A stretch of DNA of 64,000 nucleotides from Gammaproteobacteria bacterium (GTDB lineage Bacteria; Pseudomonadota; Gammaproteobacteria; Eutrophobiales; Eutrophobiaceae). The notes under the pieces were generated by a model. That model was given only the letters and a program-made list of their open reading frames with translations. It had not been told where the DNA came from and did not search any database. Position numbers and translations under genes: made by a program. The stretch spans positions 333,826 to 397,825 of the forward strand of contig OZ242169.1 of the NCBI GenBank assembly GCA_965205405.1. Reading direction: 5' to 3'. Shown one piece after another: positions 39,649 through 56,121 of the stretch (the first letter of the stretch is position 1; each line of letters begins with the position of its first letter).

Positions 39649-40155
39649 GTGTCAATAATGCCAGATATGTTTGTTCCATCAAGAATGATTATCCAGCGTT
39701 ATCAAGTCGATAGGCCGGTGACAGTTTTTATTTATCTGGCATTGTTCATACTCTTGACTGCACACCCCTTTGCCCATGCAAAGGAATTTCCATTACAGGG
39801 AGAAGCCGGAGAAAAATTAAGCATTATCTCTTCATCCTCAAAAAATCATGTCCCAACTTCGACAACTGAAGATGCTGAAACCCTTCCTCCGCACAATATG
39901 GATATTCCACAAGCAAAAGGTATTATCCTCACCTTTGGACAATGGCCTGGGGCAAAGGAAAGAACCTTAATACTTGATAAAACTACAACCGCGGGACTCT
40001 CAATGGTAATTGAGCTTGCCCGTTTCAAAACCTGGGTTTTTGAATGGCCCGAATGGGAGAATGCAAAAAAAGCGCTTGAAATATGTAATGCCTTGTCAGC
40101 TATCCCTTCCCTGGAATATTGCGAACCGGATTATTTACTTGGCCCCGCTAAATAA
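39649..40155 (+). CDS. Secreted hypothetical protein
   Basis: A signal peptide (…VFIYLALFILLTAHPFAHA) in an AT-rich ORF with no recognisable domain. Confidence 0.45.
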   Translation: MSIMPDMFVPSRMIIQRYQVDRPVTVFIYLALFILLTAHPFAHAKEFPLQGEAGEKLSIISSSSKNHVPTSTTEDAETLPPHNMDIPQAKGIILTFGQWPGAKERTLILDKTTTAGLSMVIELARFKTWVFEWPEWENAKKALEICNALSAIPSLEYCEPDYLLGPAK

Positions 40156-40162
40156 GCGGAGT

Positions 40163-41557
40163 TCAATCTACCCTGGTCAGAAAATCAACATCATCCGCGT
40201 CCGGCATCAGTACAAACTCGGGATAGGACTCAATTCCGAGTTCCGCCGAATCCTGGCCTAGCTCTTCAACAGCGGCAGTTACCCGGACTCCTATAGTCTT
40301 CTCAATGGCAAACCACAGCACAAATGAAGCCAGGAAGACAAACGCCCCGACCGCAAGCACGCCGGTAAGCTGCACCATTAAGTTGCCGCCGGCTGCAATG
40401 CAGACTGCCAGGGTGCCCCAGACACCGGCAAACAGGTGCGCGGGGATCGCGCCGACTACGTCATCCACTTTCCATGTTTCCAGGAGCTTCATTGCGACCA
40501 CACAGATAACGCCCCCGACCATCCCGATAGCGACCGCCCAGTAATGAGCGACGATATCCGGGCCCGCGGTAATTGAGACCAGCCCGGCTATTGCACCGTT
40601 CAGTCCGGCGAGCAGGTCAACCCGTCCCAGGAGAGGCCGTGATACGCTGATAGCCGCCATAACCCCGGCCGCCGCCGCCAGGTTGGTATTGACCAGCACG
40701 TTGCTCATTGCCACTGCATCGGCTGCACCGCCCAAGGCGAGTTGCGACCCGCCGTTGAAGCCGAACCAGCCGAGCCACAGGATAAAGACACCCAGGGTCA
40801 CGATAGGGACGTTCGATGGCGGCGTGGACTTGACACTGCCGTCAGGACGGAATTTGCCCAATCTCGGACCTACTACCAGGGCGCCGGCCAGCGCTGCCCA
40901 GCCGCCGGTCGAGTGGACAATAGTGGACCCGGCAAAATCCTGAAAGCCCATTTCATTGAGCCAGCCGCCGCCCCAGGTCCAAGCGCCGACGATGGGATAA
41001 ATGAGACCGGTCAGAAAAATAGTAAAGATAAAAAATGACCACAGCCGCACCCGTTCAGCCATGGTTCCGGAAATAATGGACGCAGTAGTCGCGACAAACA
41101 CCATCTGGAAGAACCAGTCGGACATTACGGAATAACCGTTATCGATCACCGCGGCTTTCGCATTCTCATCACCGGACAGCAAAGCAAGCTCGTCCGCCGA
41201 CGGGCCGTAGAGAAAGGTGAAAGAGCCGATCCACCCGGACACATCCGTATACATGAGATTGTAGCCCACGAAGTAGTACATGAGGCCGGCGATGGAATAA
41301 AGCCCGATGTTCTTCAGGCAAATGACCGAGGCGTTCTTGGTGCGCACCGAACCCGCTTCGAGCATGGTGAAACCGGCGCACATCCACATTATCAACGCGC
41401 CCCAGACAAGGAATGAAAAGGTATTGAATACGAACTGTATTTCCTGTTCCACTGCGGCGTTAGCGCCTATTGAGACTAGCAGCAGTATGAAACCTGCGAG
41501 AGTTTTGCCGAGGAGTGTAAAGCGTTGAGGTGATAGATTGATACAGTTACCGGTCAT
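40163..41557 (-). CDS. amt: Ammonium transporter (Amt/MEP family)
   Basis: The start is trimmed to MTGNC… with a signal peptide. The Amt fold is conserved throughout. No glnK is adjacent. Confidence 0.9.
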   Translation of the reverse strand: MTGNCINLSPQRFTLLGKTLAGFILLLVSIGANAAVEQEIQFVFNTFSFLVWGALIMWMCAGFTMLEAGSVRTKNASVICLKNIGLYSIAGLMYYFVGYNLMYTDVSGWIGSFTFLYGPSADELALLSGDENAKAAVIDNGYSVMSDWFFQMVFVATTASIISGTMAERVRLWSFFIFTIFLTGLIYPIVGAWTWGGGWLNEMGFQDFAGSTIVHSTGGWAALAGALVVGPRLGKFRPDGSVKSTPPSNVPIVTLGVFILWLGWFGFNGGSQLALGGAADAVAMSNVLVNTNLAAAAGVMAAISVSRPLLGRVDLLAGLNGAIAGLVSITAGPDIVAHYWAVAIGMVGGVICVVAMKLLETWKVDDVVGAIPAHLFAGVWGTLAVCIAAGGNLMVQLTGVLAVGAFVFLASFVLWFAIEKTIGVRVTAAVEELGQDSAELGIESYPEFVLMPDADDVDFLTRVD

Positions 41558-41672
41558 TGCCCTCCCCCCTGTTCTTATTCTTCGAGCGGCGACTAACTTT
41601 ATCACAAAACGCGTCTGGAGCAATGGAATTCGCAAGGTTACGGACTGTCAGATGGTAGTATTACCCCTGTTG

Positions 41673-41906
41673 TCAGGCTGAACCAGCCGGCATTTGCTGG
41701 AAGAACAACTCATCAATCTTTGCCTGCGTCCTGGCATGTTCTATAGTCATACCGACCAGGTTTCCATTTGCAGCGATATCTATATAAATATTTTCATTAA
41801 TTTCTTTGGTTTCATGGACTGTTTGCTCAGAAAACTCTATCAATGCTGTATCGGTATCTTCAAAATATTTAATTTTCATCTTCCGACTCCTTAAAACTTC
41901 TATCAA
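41673..41906 (-). CDS. DUF2283 domain protein (antitoxin-like)
   Basis: KIKYFEDTDTALIEF...NGNLVGMTIEHA matches the DUF2283 pattern. The likely start is the internal MKIKY. Confidence 0.55.
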   Translation of the reverse strand: MIEVLRSRKMKIKYFEDTDTALIEFSEQTVHETKEINENIYIDIAANGNLVGMTIEHARTQAKIDELFFQQMPAGSA

Positions 41907-41933
41907 AAAAAGCGTTGTGAACTGCGCTTTTTG

Positions 41934-42863
41934 TTAATCGGTCAAATCGAGCAGGCGTTCAAGCTCTCCCATTATTGCGAGCGCTGATTGTGCCTTTGGA
42001 GAAGGAATATCTGTTGCTTGTTGAACTCGCAGCTTCAATCGCTCTAAGGCGGTACGAGCCTGAACATCGGTCGTGCTTTCTTGAAATGTTTTCAAAAACT
42101 CTCGCCAATAAACCGTCTTAATACCACACAGTTGCACATCATCAAGCTTATTCATATACGTGTCCATAATCCCCGTACGAGCTAATCGACCGAAATTGCC
42201 TCCGCCGTCCGATGCTGGCTTGTCGAGAATCTGATCCGACTTGCTCGGATACGGTTCAATTCCACCTGGAAGCTTAATGTCCGTGTGCTGTCTGGTTTTT
42301 CGGATATGTTGCCAATGATAGTTGCGATATTCCGCAGCAAAATTTGCCGATTCGATAAATGGTTCAAAGAGATTCGGGGAGCCACTGATGACGTTGCCCA
42401 AAACCCATGGAACCACAACAATCAAGTCCTGTTTAGCACAGGCTGCAGCGGTGGTTTGAAACCTCAAGCTGGGTTCAGCCTCCTTCGCTAGCAAGTACCA
42501 ACCTTTAAGTTCAATACCCAATAAAATCTCACCACTTGATGTTTTGCGCAAAAGAACATCGGGGAAAGTCTGTGCTTGCCTGACAAAACTATAAAGAGCA
42601 TACTTTTCATCCGGGTCCCATGTATTCCTTGTCAGGTTCAATGTGCGTACAACCTGCTCTTCAATCGTCGCTCCGAGTACCGTATTCAAGGTATGTAGAT
42701 CGGTAGCCATGATCCCGGAAATATGAGTTTCTGTGCGGAAATAGATTGGCAGACACGCTATTGTTTCCCGGACGTCTTTATAGAGACGGAAGTGTTCCCA
42801 GTCATTTTCGGGCAATTCCCTTCTCGGCGTGACTGGAGTAGCAGAGTTGCTTCTGGCGATCAT
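41934..42863 (-). CDS. Putative Type II restriction endonuclease (PD-(D/E)xK fold)
   Basis: A 309-aa ORF containing PDVLL…GIELKGW, which fits a PD…ELK catalytic motif. It overlaps the upstream methyltransferase by ATGA. Confidence 0.55.
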   Translation of the reverse strand: MIARSNSATPVTPRRELPENDWEHFRLYKDVRETIACLPIYFRTETHISGIMATDLHTLNTVLGATIEEQVVRTLNLTRNTWDPDEKYALYSFVRQAQTFPDVLLRKTSSGEILLGIELKGWYLLAKEAEPSLRFQTTAAACAKQDLIVVVPWVLGNVISGSPNLFEPFIESANFAAEYRNYHWQHIRKTRQHTDIKLPGGIEPYPSKSDQILDKPASDGGGNFGRLARTGIMDTYMNKLDDVQLCGIKTVYWREFLKTFQESTTDVQARTALERLKLRVQQATDIPSPKAQSALAIMGELERLLDLTD

Positions 42864-43927
42864 GAGGTAGTGAGCCTTTCCATTGCAGCAATGTAGAATT
42901 CAGGAATGATCTCCGCGGCATAGTATCGGCGGGTGGAATGATATGAAACCACCGCTCCCGGACATAATCCACCAAAAGGCTCCCAGACAACGTCACCTTT
43001 GCCAGTTGAAGCCCGAATAATCGAGTCAATGAATTTCAAAGGTTTCTGGCTACCATGCAAGCTACGGAATTTGTATTTCATCCCATTTCTTACTCCCTGG
43101 ATCCGCTCAGAGCCGCTGACCTGCGGTTCGCGCCAAACATTAGTGATACCTAAACCACACTTGAATTTTGCTCGCAGCTTACTCCACTGGTCAGCCGAAA
43201 CAGGGTGTTTTCCATCTGTGCTGAAATACGGACGACCGTTTGGGTCGCCATGTTCGTTTGCGTAACCCACCAATTTCACGAAGGACTCCACAGGCGGATA
43301 GTACCAGAGATGGTCAGCTGTAAGATATTTCCGGGTTGCAGCGTTCAGCACGCCACACGCTTCATTAGCCAGTTGCAAAGGTAAGCCTGTACGCCTCCAT
43401 TCATGTCGAAGCCATCTCTGCATGGTCAGTGTCTTGCCGTCGACTTGAAAGCGGGCTGCTTTGACGTAATGTACACATGCTTCTGTCACTACCGGAAATT
43501 TCCTCAACGTTTGCGTGTTGGCATTGCCGGCAATGTGCCCAAGTCCCTTATCCCAAATGTTACAGCAACGGTATTCCCAACCGTGTGCTGCCAGTAGCGG
43601 ATGTACAGTCGCCCAACCTATTTCCGTGTTCCAAAACCACAAAGTCGTCTCCGGGGTAGAACGTTCGCTCCACATTTTGATATGTGGTTTGTACCACTCA
43701 ACCAAGGATTCGGCAGTGTGGTTATCGCCTGGGAAACCACCCACTCCGTACGGTCCATCAGAGATAATACAAGTTGGGCTCGGCCAGTCCTCGTAGTGAT
43801 TCTCGGCGCGGTCAAAATAAATTGATACCTGATCGCGAGTATATTTCTGGCCGACAACGGGTTCAAGCTGGCGTCTCTGCTTCTCCGGAAATAAGTGAGA
43901 CTGTGACATGCTCGCAGTCTTTCTCAT
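42860..43927 (-). CDS. β-class N6-adenine/N4-cytosine DNA methyltransferase (PF01555-like)
   Basis: IISDGPYGV (a motif IV variant) lies N-terminal, followed by HGSQKP and then VWEPFGGLCPGAV (motif I) at the C-terminus. Confidence 0.75.
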   Translation of the reverse strand: MRKTASMSQSHLFPEKQRRQLEPVVGQKYTRDQVSIYFDRAENHYEDWPSPTCIISDGPYGVGGFPGDNHTAESLVEWYKPHIKMWSERSTPETTLWFWNTEIGWATVHPLLAAHGWEYRCCNIWDKGLGHIAGNANTQTLRKFPVVTEACVHYVKAARFQVDGKTLTMQRWLRHEWRRTGLPLQLANEACGVLNAATRKYLTADHLWYYPPVESFVKLVGYANEHGDPNGRPYFSTDGKHPVSADQWSKLRAKFKCGLGITNVWREPQVSGSERIQGVRNGMKYKFRSLHGSQKPLKFIDSIIRASTGKGDVVWEPFGGLCPGAVVSYHSTRRYYAAEIIPEFYIAAMERLTTS

Positions 43928-44017
43928 TGCTAACTCCTGTAAGATCGTCTGGGCATATAGTCTGCCATAAGTCGCCTTTTACCGATACTACTAATTGGGA
44001 TCAATAATCGCTACACA

Positions 44018-44371
44018 CTATTTTTTCTTTTCACGTTTTTTTGTACCTGAACGGATTGCGGCAGCAAAGGATTTTCCCGCCCAGGTAAGCATGTCTTCGG
44101 AATTGTCTAGGGCCTCTTCCGGTGCCTCGTAATAGGACAAATACATGGGTTTATCCTGTTTGTAATAGACAAATCGCTGCAGGCCACGCTCTTCAAAATC
44201 AGACCTGTTTGCGTCATCTGCCTTCAGGTACAGTGTCTCATCGGCAACCAGGCCGAACATCAGTTCGTCCTTAAATATGCCGTGGCCGCCAAACATCTTT
44301 TTGGCGCGAACGTTCCCGAAAGGCGCCAGTAACTCCAGCAGGGAACTGACGAACTCGGAATTTTGGGTCAT
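44018..44371 (-). CDS. TfoX N-terminal domain protein (stand-alone)
   Basis: 117 aa; GNVRAKKMFGGHGIFKDELMFGLVADETLYLKAD matches TfoX_N. Confidence 0.65.
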   Translation of the reverse strand: MTQNSEFVSSLLELLAPFGNVRAKKMFGGHGIFKDELMFGLVADETLYLKADDANRSDFEERGLQRFVYYKQDKPMYLSYYEAPEEALDNSEDMLTWAGKSFAAAIRSGTKKREKKK

Positions 44372-44377
44372 TGCTGA

Positions 44378-45031
44378 TTATCCGCTTAGCAATGTATTCA
44401 CGATTGAAAGCATGAAACCAATCAGCGGATGCAGGATTTTTCCCAGGACTCCGGTAAAGATCAGGACGACCAGGATCGGCAGGCCCCAGCGTTCCAGGAC
44501 GTTATACTTTTGCGCTGCTGCGGGTGAAAGGAAAGCCGTTACAATCCGGCTACCATCCAGGGGAGGCAAGGGCAACAGGTTCAGGGCGATCAATACGATA
44601 TTGATGATGATCCCGACCTTCGCCATTTCAATCAATAAGGTTGACATATAAGAAAAGGAGTTGCCTGTTGCAAACAAAACTGACAGCAGCAGCGTCCATA
44701 GCGCCAGCATAATGAGATTAGCTCCCGGTCCTGCCGCCGCCACCAGCGCCATGTCACGCCTCGGCTGCTTCAGGTTGCGCCAGTCCACCGGTACCGGTTT
44801 TGCCCAACCGAAGGCAAAAGGCGTCAAGGCGATCATGATGAGAGGGACGGCAATGGTACCTACCGGGTCGATGTGTCTTACCGGGTTCAGCGTCAACCGA
44901 CCAGCCAGCTTTGCCGTGGGATCACCCAGTTTACTCGCCACCCAGCCGTGGGCGACTTCATGCACGGTAATGGCAAAGATAATGGGAACGGCGGCGACGA
45001 CTATTTTTTCTACCAGAGAGAGCTCGTACAT
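44378..45031 (-). CDS. Peptidase M50 (site-2 protease family) membrane zinc metalloprotease
   Basis: HEVAHGW (HExxH) in TM1, multi-pass, 217 aa. Confidence 0.8.
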   Translation of the reverse strand: MYELSLVEKIVVAAVPIIFAITVHEVAHGWVASKLGDPTAKLAGRLTLNPVRHIDPVGTIAVPLIMIALTPFAFGWAKPVPVDWRNLKQPRRDMALVAAAGPGANLIMLALWTLLLSVLFATGNSFSYMSTLLIEMAKVGIIINIVLIALNLLPLPPLDGSRIVTAFLSPAAAQKYNVLERWGLPILVVLIFTGVLGKILHPLIGFMLSIVNTLLSG

Positions 45032-45059
45032 GGAAAATCGACTTGAAACAGGTTAACGA

Positions 45060-45248
45060 TCAATTTCGGGCAAGGATGATCAAGAACACAATAAACAGGA
45101 CCACTATGCCGATAGGTATAAGCGCACTTGACCAATCCGGATTCTCCGCCTCCCTGCTTTTCTTCATCGCGGCCTTGGCCCCGGGCCAGAAAAAGAAAAG
45201 GACGCCGGCGGCTAATATACCGACTAAAACCTGTTCAAATAATCCCAT
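45060..45248 (-). CDS. Small membrane protein (62 aa, two TM segments)
   Basis: Two hydrophobic segments flank a charged loop. Confidence 0.4.
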   Translation of the reverse strand: MGLFEQVLVGILAAGVLFFFWPGAKAAMKKSREAENPDWSSALIPIGIVVLFIVFLIILARN

Positions 45249-45429
45249 GATGTTGATATGACTGTCAGGACCGCTATTTGATTTCCACTATGATTAACTG
45301 ATTCAAACATCATTGTCCACAGGTTCAAAGGCGTCGCAATGCCCGAAAGATGTTGTTCCGCTCTCTGAGGATAAACAATTAAAACAAAACCCCGCAAGCA
45401 CGGGGTTTTATCAGGCGATGTCAGTCCAT

Positions 45430-45639
45430 TCAGTTGACAACAACCACCTCTATAGCATGGTACCCTTTTGGTCCTTGCTCAGCGGTATAGGTAACGCTCT
45501 GCCCCTCATTTAAAGTCTTATAGCCTTCAGATTTTATAGACGAATAATGTACAAAAATATCATCTCCGCCTTCAGACGGTTCAATAAAGCCAAACCCTTT
45601 AGCATTGTTGAACCATTTGACGGTTCCCCTCGTACTCAT
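45430..45639 (-). CDS. cspA: Cold-shock protein CspA family
   Basis: Motifs [12 protein letters not shown] (RNP1) and VHYS (RNP2). Confidence 0.9.
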   Translation of the reverse strand: MSTRGTVKWFNNAKGFGFIEPSEGGDDIFVHYSSIKSEGYKTLNEGQSVTYTAEQGPKGYHAIEVVVVN

Positions 45640-45785
45640 ACTGCTCTCCCCCTTACTTTGTGAAATGTATTACTGTAATTCAGCTATCTATTGTACGGCA
45701 GAAACAAATTTCCGGTACCACCTACATCTATGACAGCCCACGAATTAGTATAGTCAATTTTTGACCCGTTACCAACTAATTTGTA
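45640..45785. promoter_or_regulatory. Long 5' UTR / promoter region of the csp gene
   Basis: A 146-bp untranslated leader, as is typical of cspA-family genes. Confidence 0.35.
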
Positions 45786-46541
45786 TCAATCCGTTGCCTG
45801 CTCCTTGTCTTCGATATTGATTCGTTTGCTTCTATGGCGCCTAATCAGTACCAGTGTCACCAGGGGACCGGAAATGACATAGATGATGGATAGCAAAAAT
45901 AGTACCAGCGAGGGTCTGACGGCAATCAGAGCAATGATCAGGACGATGAACAATATGTTGAAAAAAGGCACCTTGCCGTGCAAATCGAATTGTTTGAAAC
46001 TGTGATATCGGATGTTGCTGACCATCAGGAGACCGACGCAAATTGTCAGTGAAAAAGCAAAGACAACCAGGGTATTACTGTCAACAGGCTGGCCGACGCT
46101 ACCGAACCAGACCAGACCGGCGATGACTGCAGCCGCCGCCGGACAGGGTAATCCCTGGAAATAGCGTTTGTCGGCGCTACCGGCCTGGGTATTGAACCGG
46201 GCCAGGCGCAACGCCGCCGCTGCCGCGTAAATGAAAGCGGCCAACCAGCCCAACTTGCCCAGATCGTGCAAAGACCACTGGTAGACCACCAGGGCCGGCG
46301 CCAGTCCGAATGAAACCATGTCGGACAAGCTATCGTATTGAACGCCAAAATCGGTTTCCGTCTTGGTCAACCTGGCAATACGGCCATCCATGCCATCAAG
46401 GATCATCGCAATAAAGATGGCGATGGCGGCAGATTCGAAGCGTCCATTCATCGCGGCAGCAATTGCATAAAACCCGGCAAACAGGGCCGATGTGGTGAAC
46501 AGGTTGGGCAGCAGGTAAATTCCCCTGCGACGCTTAATCAT
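45786..46541 (-). CDS. pssA: CDP-diacylglycerol–serine O-phosphatidyltransferase (CDP-alcohol phosphatidyltransferase family)
   Basis: The D-G-x2-A-R…G-x3-D-x3-D motif is present as DGMDGRIAR…DSLSD. Confidence 0.85.
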   Translation of the reverse strand: MIKRRRGIYLLPNLFTTSALFAGFYAIAAAMNGRFESAAIAIFIAMILDGMDGRIARLTKTETDFGVQYDSLSDMVSFGLAPALVVYQWSLHDLGKLGWLAAFIYAAAAALRLARFNTQAGSADKRYFQGLPCPAAAAVIAGLVWFGSVGQPVDSNTLVVFAFSLTICVGLLMVSNIRYHSFKQFDLHGKVPFFNILFIVLIIALIAVRPSLVLFLLSIIYVISGPLVTLVLIRRHRSKRINIEDKEQATD

Positions 46542-46634
46542 ACTTTATGTCCTGTGTGAAGGATATTTGATGTGCGCCTTCCCTGGCACACACCCTGCGG
46601 GCGTCCTGCGGACCTCCAAATCCGCTCCTGGCGG

Positions 46635-46719
46635 ATTTGTGGGGTCAGAGTAAAAATACGGCCAATCCGGTAGATTGTGTTGCTGTGCTATTAAGTATTT
46701 TTACTCTGACCCCAAATAT
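46635..46719. mobile_element. MITE-like element, copy 11 (subfamily B; loop nearly identical to copies 10 and 14)
   Basis: It lies between ilvC and pssA. Confidence 0.85.
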
Positions 46720-46739
46720 CACAGTTGACCCCTGATGCC

Positions 46740-47759
<1,020 letters not shown>

Positions 47760-47805
47760 TTACCTCTCTTGGCTTGTCTCATCACGCTGGTTAAACTCTG
47801 GATCC

Positions 47806-47878
47806 TGGGGTCAGAGTAAAATTATTTGGGGCCTGGTTTATCAGCACATATCCCGACACATACTCTGACCCCAAATAT
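47806..47878. mobile_element. MITE-like element, copy 12 (degenerate)
   Basis: CTGGGGTCAGAGTAAAATTATTTGGGG…TACTCTGACCCCAAATATCC, lying between ilvC and ilvH. Confidence 0.7.
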
Positions 47879-47901
47879 CCTGCATATCCTGTATATCCAT
47901 G

Positions 47902-48393
47902 TTAGACCCTGATTGCCCTATCTCCGCGAGCGATACCGGAAACGCCGGTTCTGACAGTTTCCAGGATCATTTCAGGTTTGACAGCTTTCAGGAAGGCATC
48001 CAGCTTGTCACCGTTGCCGGTTATTTCTATTGTATAAGAATTTTCATTCACGTCGATGATACGCCCCCTGAAAATATCACTCAAACGCATCAGTTCTTCC
48101 CGGGAAGAATCAAGCGCCTTGACTTTCACCAGCATCAATTCCCTTTCGATATGATCACTTTCATTTAAATCCACGACTTTTATCACATCCACCAGTTTGT
48201 TCACGTGCTTGGTAATCTGCTCGATAATCGCATCAGAACCGGAGGTGACTATGGTCATTCGTGAAATGCTGGGTTCTTCTGTCGGCGCAACGGTGAGGGA
48301 TTCAATATTGAAGCCCCGGGCAGAGAACAGGCCGGAAATCCTGGATAACGCCCCGGCCTCATTTTCGACCAGGAGGGACAGAATATGGCGCAT
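47902..48393 (-). CDS. ilvH: Acetolactate synthase small (regulatory) subunit
   Basis: A 163-aa ORF with ACT and C-terminal domains, overlapping ilvI by 1 nt. Confidence 0.9.
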   Translation of the reverse strand: MRHILSLLVENEAGALSRISGLFSARGFNIESLTVAPTEEPSISRMTIVTSGSDAIIEQITKHVNKLVDVIKVVDLNESDHIERELMLVKVKALDSSREELMRLSDIFRGRIIDVNENSYTIEITGNGDKLDAFLKAVKPEMILETVRTGVSGIARGDRAIRV

Positions 48394-50144
48394 CAGGCCA
48401 GTTCCCGCTCTTCTGAACCGGGCGCCAGGTGCATTTCGTGCTGTCCCTTGCCCGCAGCTATCATCGGATATACGTTCTCGGTCTGGTCGGTAATAAAGTC
48501 CATCAAAACCAGCTTATCCTCCATTGCCAGCGCCTCTTTAAGCGCCGCGTCTACGTCAGCGGACTTTTCGATACGCATCCCAACGTGTCCAAAGCTTTCG
48601 GCTAGTTTGACAAAATCAGGCAAGGCCTCCATATAAGAATGTGAATAGCGCTTTTCGTAAAAGAACTCCTGCCACTGCCTGACCATGCCCATATAACGGT
48701 TGTTCAAGTTAATAATCTTGATCGGTGTCCGGTATTGCAGGCAGGTTGAAAGCTCCTGGATGCACATCACCAGGCTGGCCTCACCGGTGATGCAGACTAC
48801 CGTTTCATCCGGGTAGGCTATCTTGGCCCCCATCGCCGCCGGTAAGCCGAACCCCATAGTGCCGAGACCGCCTGAATTCAACCAGCGCCGCGGCTTGTCG
48901 AATTTATAGAACTGGGCGGCCCACATCTGATGTTGACCGACGTCCGAAGACACATAAGCATTGCCTTCGGTCAGTTCATACAATCGTTTAATAACCTGTT
49001 GCGGTTTAATCAGACTGGAGTTCTTGTCATAGCGCAGACAATCCATAGCCTGCCAGTCATTAATCTGGCGCCACCAGTCGTCCACGTCAGGCCGGTCACT
49101 GATGCTCTTCAAACCGGCATTGATATCCTGCAACACGTGTTTGACGTCACCGACAATGGGGACATCCACGGGCACGTTCTTGGCAATGGAGGACGGATCG
49201 ACGTCGATATGGATGATCCTCGCGTGGGGGCAGAATTTTTCCAAATCGCCCGTGACCCGATCATCAAAACGCGCACCGATGGCAATCAATACATCACACT
49301 GGTGCATGGCCATATTGGCCTCGTAGGTGCCGTGCATTCCCAGCATACCGATAAATTGCCGGTCCGTCGCCGGATACGCGCCCAGTCCCATCAACGTATT
49401 GGTGATTGGAAAACCCAACTTCCGGGTAAATTCAATCAACTCGGCGTCGGCGTTTGAAAGAATAACGCCGCCGCCCGAATAGATCATGGGTTTGCGCGCT
49501 TTCAGCATGAGCTTGATTGCCCGCTTGATCTGGCCCGGGTGGCCTTTGACGGTGGGCCGGTAGGAACGCATATCGACTGTATCCGGGTACTCATAGGCAC
49601 AGGAGTTTGCCGTAACGTCCTTTGGGATATCCACCAGTACGGGGCCGGGACGACCGCTGCAGGCCACGTAAAATGCCTTCTTGATGATGCCCGCCAGGTC
49701 TTTTACATCGTAAACGAGAAAATTGTGTTTTACGCAGGGCCTGGAGATGCCTATGGCATCGACCTCCTGGAACGCGTCGTTGCCGATAACGGAAGTGGGA
49801 ACCTGGCCGCTGAAAACAACCAGGGGAATGGAATCCATATACGCCGTTGCAATACCCGTTATGGCATTGGTAATCCCCGGGCCGGATGTGACCAGCACTA
49901 CGCCGGGACGGCCCGTTGCCCTGGCGTAACCATCGGCTGCGTGAGTGGCGCCCTGCTCGTGGCGTACCAGGATATGCTCAACCTCGGTTTGCTTGTAAAG
50001 TTCATCGTAAATATGCAATACGGCGCCGCCGGGGTAACCGAAAACATGCTTTACCCCTTCATCTTTCAATGCCTGCACGAAGATTTCCGCGCCGCGTAGT
50101 ATTGGCTTTGACTTACCCACCAGATAATTCCACAGATTAATCAA
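48393..50144 (-). CDS. ilvI: Acetolactate synthase large subunit (TPP enzyme)
   Basis: A 583-aa TPP-binding enzyme (…GLGTMGFGLPAAMGA…). Confidence 0.9.
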   Translation of the reverse strand: MINLWNYLVGKSKPILRGAEIFVQALKDEGVKHVFGYPGGAVLHIYDELYKQTEVEHILVRHEQGATHAADGYARATGRPGVVLVTSGPGITNAITGIATAYMDSIPLVVFSGQVPTSVIGNDAFQEVDAIGISRPCVKHNFLVYDVKDLAGIIKKAFYVACSGRPGPVLVDIPKDVTANSCAYEYPDTVDMRSYRPTVKGHPGQIKRAIKLMLKARKPMIYSGGGVILSNADAELIEFTRKLGFPITNTLMGLGAYPATDRQFIGMLGMHGTYEANMAMHQCDVLIAIGARFDDRVTGDLEKFCPHARIIHIDVDPSSIAKNVPVDVPIVGDVKHVLQDINAGLKSISDRPDVDDWWRQINDWQAMDCLRYDKNSSLIKPQQVIKRLYELTEGNAYVSSDVGQHQMWAAQFYKFDKPRRWLNSGGLGTMGFGLPAAMGAKIAYPDETVVCITGEASLVMCIQELSTCLQYRTPIKIINLNNRYMGMVRQWQEFFYEKRYSHSYMEALPDFVKLAESFGHVGMRIEKSADVDAALKEALAMEDKLVLMDFITDQTENVYPMIAAGKGQHEMHLAPGSEERELA

Positions 50145-50203
50145 TAAGAAGAAATGGTAACTTACTGATATTCTTTACAAGCGTCAAGTTGTGCTTTGCG
50201 GAA

Positions 50204-50226
50204 AATTTGGGGTCAGAGTAAAAATC
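50204..50226. mobile_element. Solo MITE terminal repeat (AAATTTGGGGTCAGAGTAAAAAT)
   Basis: A half-copy with no partner TIR, lying upstream of ilvI. Confidence 0.6.
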
Positions 50227-50304
50227 CCTCGTTCACCATTCCTGCGCAAGCAGGAATCCAGTAAAACAATGCGTCGCCGGAGGCGACACGTCTAATTACG
50301 TCCC

Positions 50305-50345
50305 TGTGACTGGGTACCGGCCAATCCCCGGCCGGTATGACGGGC
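50305..50345. repeat. REP-like palindromic element, copy B (GTGACTGGGTACCGGCCAATCCCCGGCCGGTATGACG)
   Basis: It shares its flanks with copy A (7464-7500). The stem differs by paired changes ACA/TGT versus CC/GG, so the hairpin is preserved. Confidence 0.7.
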
Positions 50346-50382
50346 CGAGGGTCAAGCCAGTATGACGAATGGAGGGGCTGGC

Positions 50383-56099
<5,717 letters not shown>

Positions 56100-56121
<22 letters not shown>

